Origin: an uncultured bacterium
GTDB taxonomy: Bacteria > Patescibacteriota > Minisyncoccia > Phycocordibacterales > UBA11359
Assembly (NCBI GenBank): GCA_903831815.1
Contig: CAIKZC010000002.1
Span: 7,244 to 71,243, forward strand
Reading direction: 5' to 3'
Length of the DNA stretch: 64,000 bases
A program made the translations under genes and the position numbers. Numbering within the stretch: position 1 is the stretch's first letter; each line of letters starts with the position of its first letter. Under the pieces are notes generated by a model that was given only the letters and a program-made list of their open reading frames with translations, made no database searches and was not told the origin of the DNA. Shown in pieces: positions 63,032 through 64,000 of the stretch.

Positions 63032-64000
63032 CTAAAATTTTACACTTTGCAATTCCTGCACCGTTTTCTTGATTGTTGCGATTTCTTTATATCTTTCAGC
63101 AATTCGATTAGTAAGCGCTTTATCTTCCTCGGCTTTTTTCTCAATTAATTCAGTCTGATTCTCGGATTGTTTTTTCTTTTCTTGCATTTCAATTCCGGCT
63201 TTCTCGGCGTCTTGTCTTTGTATCTCAAAACTTCGGTTCAAAGCTTCGATGCTTGCTTTCAGTTTGGCGATAGCCTCTTTATTTTTTGCAATCTTCTCGC
63301 CCACCTCTTTCTCTATTCTCTCCATCTCAGATTGGAACTGTGTTTTTGAAGAATCGAGTTCTTTGGTTTGATCTTTTAACGATACAATATCTTTCTGAAT
63401 ATCTTTTTCTTTGGTCTCCAGAGCCTCCAATTCGAGAGATTTTCTTTTAACTTCCTCTTTGAGCACCGAAATTTGTTTAAGCAAATTCCTTTCTTGTTGC
63501 TCTTTCTCAACAATCGGAGATCTCTCACCGCTTTTATTATCCGCTTTTTTAGTTTGAGATGACCGACCTTCGGATATTTCTTTTTCAAAAGCTTTTATCC
63601 TTGCTTCCAGATCCTGTTTTTTAGTCTCAAATTCACGTTCAAGTTTCGCCAATTCATCTATCGTTTTTTCCAGCAAACCTTCCTTTTCGGAAATCTGCGA
63701 CTCCTTCTGCTTATTCGCCGCATCTTGTCTCAAATCTTCCATAGCCCCACCTTTCAGTGTCTCAATTTCTTGTTTCATCGCCACGTCTTCATTTTCAGCG
63801 CTTTTTAATTCCTCGGATTTTTCCTGAAGTTCTTTTCTCAGTTCAGATATTTGTCGAAGCAACTCTTTACCGTCCTTTTCCCTCATGGTAACAGCAGATT
63901 CCGCTTGAGTACCGTGTGTTTTGGCTTGCTTGTCTTTTTCAATCAAAAGATTTTTCTTCTTCTCCGTGTCGCGTTCAAGCTCCGTGTCTTCTCTTTCGAT
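63032..64000 (-). CDS. coiled-coil (Glu/Lys-rich) protein; the ORF continues past the window end (5' partial)
   Basis: Heptad-rich EK-repeat sequence (..LKEEVKRKSLELEALETKEKDIQKDIVSLKDQTKELDSSK..). No stop upstream of 63946 out to position 64000. Confidence 0.4.
   Translation of the reverse strand: MEREDTELERDTEKKKNLLIEKDKQAKTHGTQAESAVTMREKDGKELLRQISELRKELQEKSEELKSAENEDVAMKQEIETLKGGAMEDLRQDAANKQKESQISEKEGLLEKTIDELAKLEREFETKKQDLEARIKAFEKEISEGRSSQTKKADNKSGERSPIVEKEQQERNLLKQISVLKEEVKRKSLELEALETKEKDIQKDIVSLKDQTKELDSSKTQFQSEMERIEKEVGEKIAKNKEAIAKLKASIEALNRSFEIQRQDAEKAGIEMQEKKKQSENQTELIEKKAEEDKALTNRIAERYKEIATIKKTVQELQSVKF

Noticed and set aside
1-64000. CRISPR arrays, rRNA genes, integrases/transposases, prophage structural genes
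   Set aside because: No short regularly spaced direct repeats, no rRNA-like conserved stretches, and no recognisable integrase/transposase motifs were seen. The only mobile-looking content is the homing-endonuclease cluster and the repeat family.

Overview
64-kb chromosomal segment of a low-GC bacterium (about 40% GC by eye, not computed) with short intergenic spacers and compact genes. The gene content looks most like a reduced, Patescibacteria/CPR-type genome (inference only): peptidoglycan-binding surface proteins, a type IV pilus module, a MetRS lacking its usual C-terminal tRNA-binding domain, and many small hypothetical ORFs. Recognisable housekeeping genes: ftsK, recA, efp, rpsF-ssb-rpsR, tatD, metG, an AI-2E transporter, glyQS, recO, ileS, argS, secE-nusG-rplK, an ECF sigma/anti-sigma pair, an rlmI-like methyltransferase, two undecaprenyl-PP phosphatases, rarA, mscL, rplS, an RluA-family synthase, acyP, pilMNO, ruvX and 5 tRNA or tRNA-like genes. 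A deoxynucleotide/thymidylate island sits at 26.6-34.8 kb (dut, glyA, folA, thyA, HIT, N-extended dCMP deaminase, cytidylyltransferase-like, long-form dCTP deaminase, Rcl/DNPH1-like hydrolase); a class II AdoCbl-type RNR lies at 42.5 kb and a PduO-type adenosyltransferase at 55.8 kb. Most interesting observations: (1) a five-copy family of about 100-nt palindromic structured elements sitting at 3' ends of genes, with a 68-nt conserved core, two internal hairpins kept by compensatory substitutions, and variable but always complementary outer stems, which looks like a novel structured terminator/ncRNA family; (2) ileS carrying an internal insertion of about 200 aa that has the hallmarks of a histidine-phosphatase (PGAM-like) domain; (3) a 37-bp AT-rich promoter-like motif shared in the same gene-relative orientation upstream of three unrelated operons; (4) a cluster of two paralogous HNH endonucleases plus a double-motif LAGLIDADG endonuclease flanking an atypical tRNA-Leu-like gene; (5) five visibly GC-richer orphan genes, each with its own RBS and/or terminator, embedded among AT-rich housekeeping genes; (6) a 920-aa soluble protein ending in a VirD4/TrwB-type coupling-protein ATPase domain; (7) a RuvX-CsaA (tRNA-binding domain) fusion ORF.
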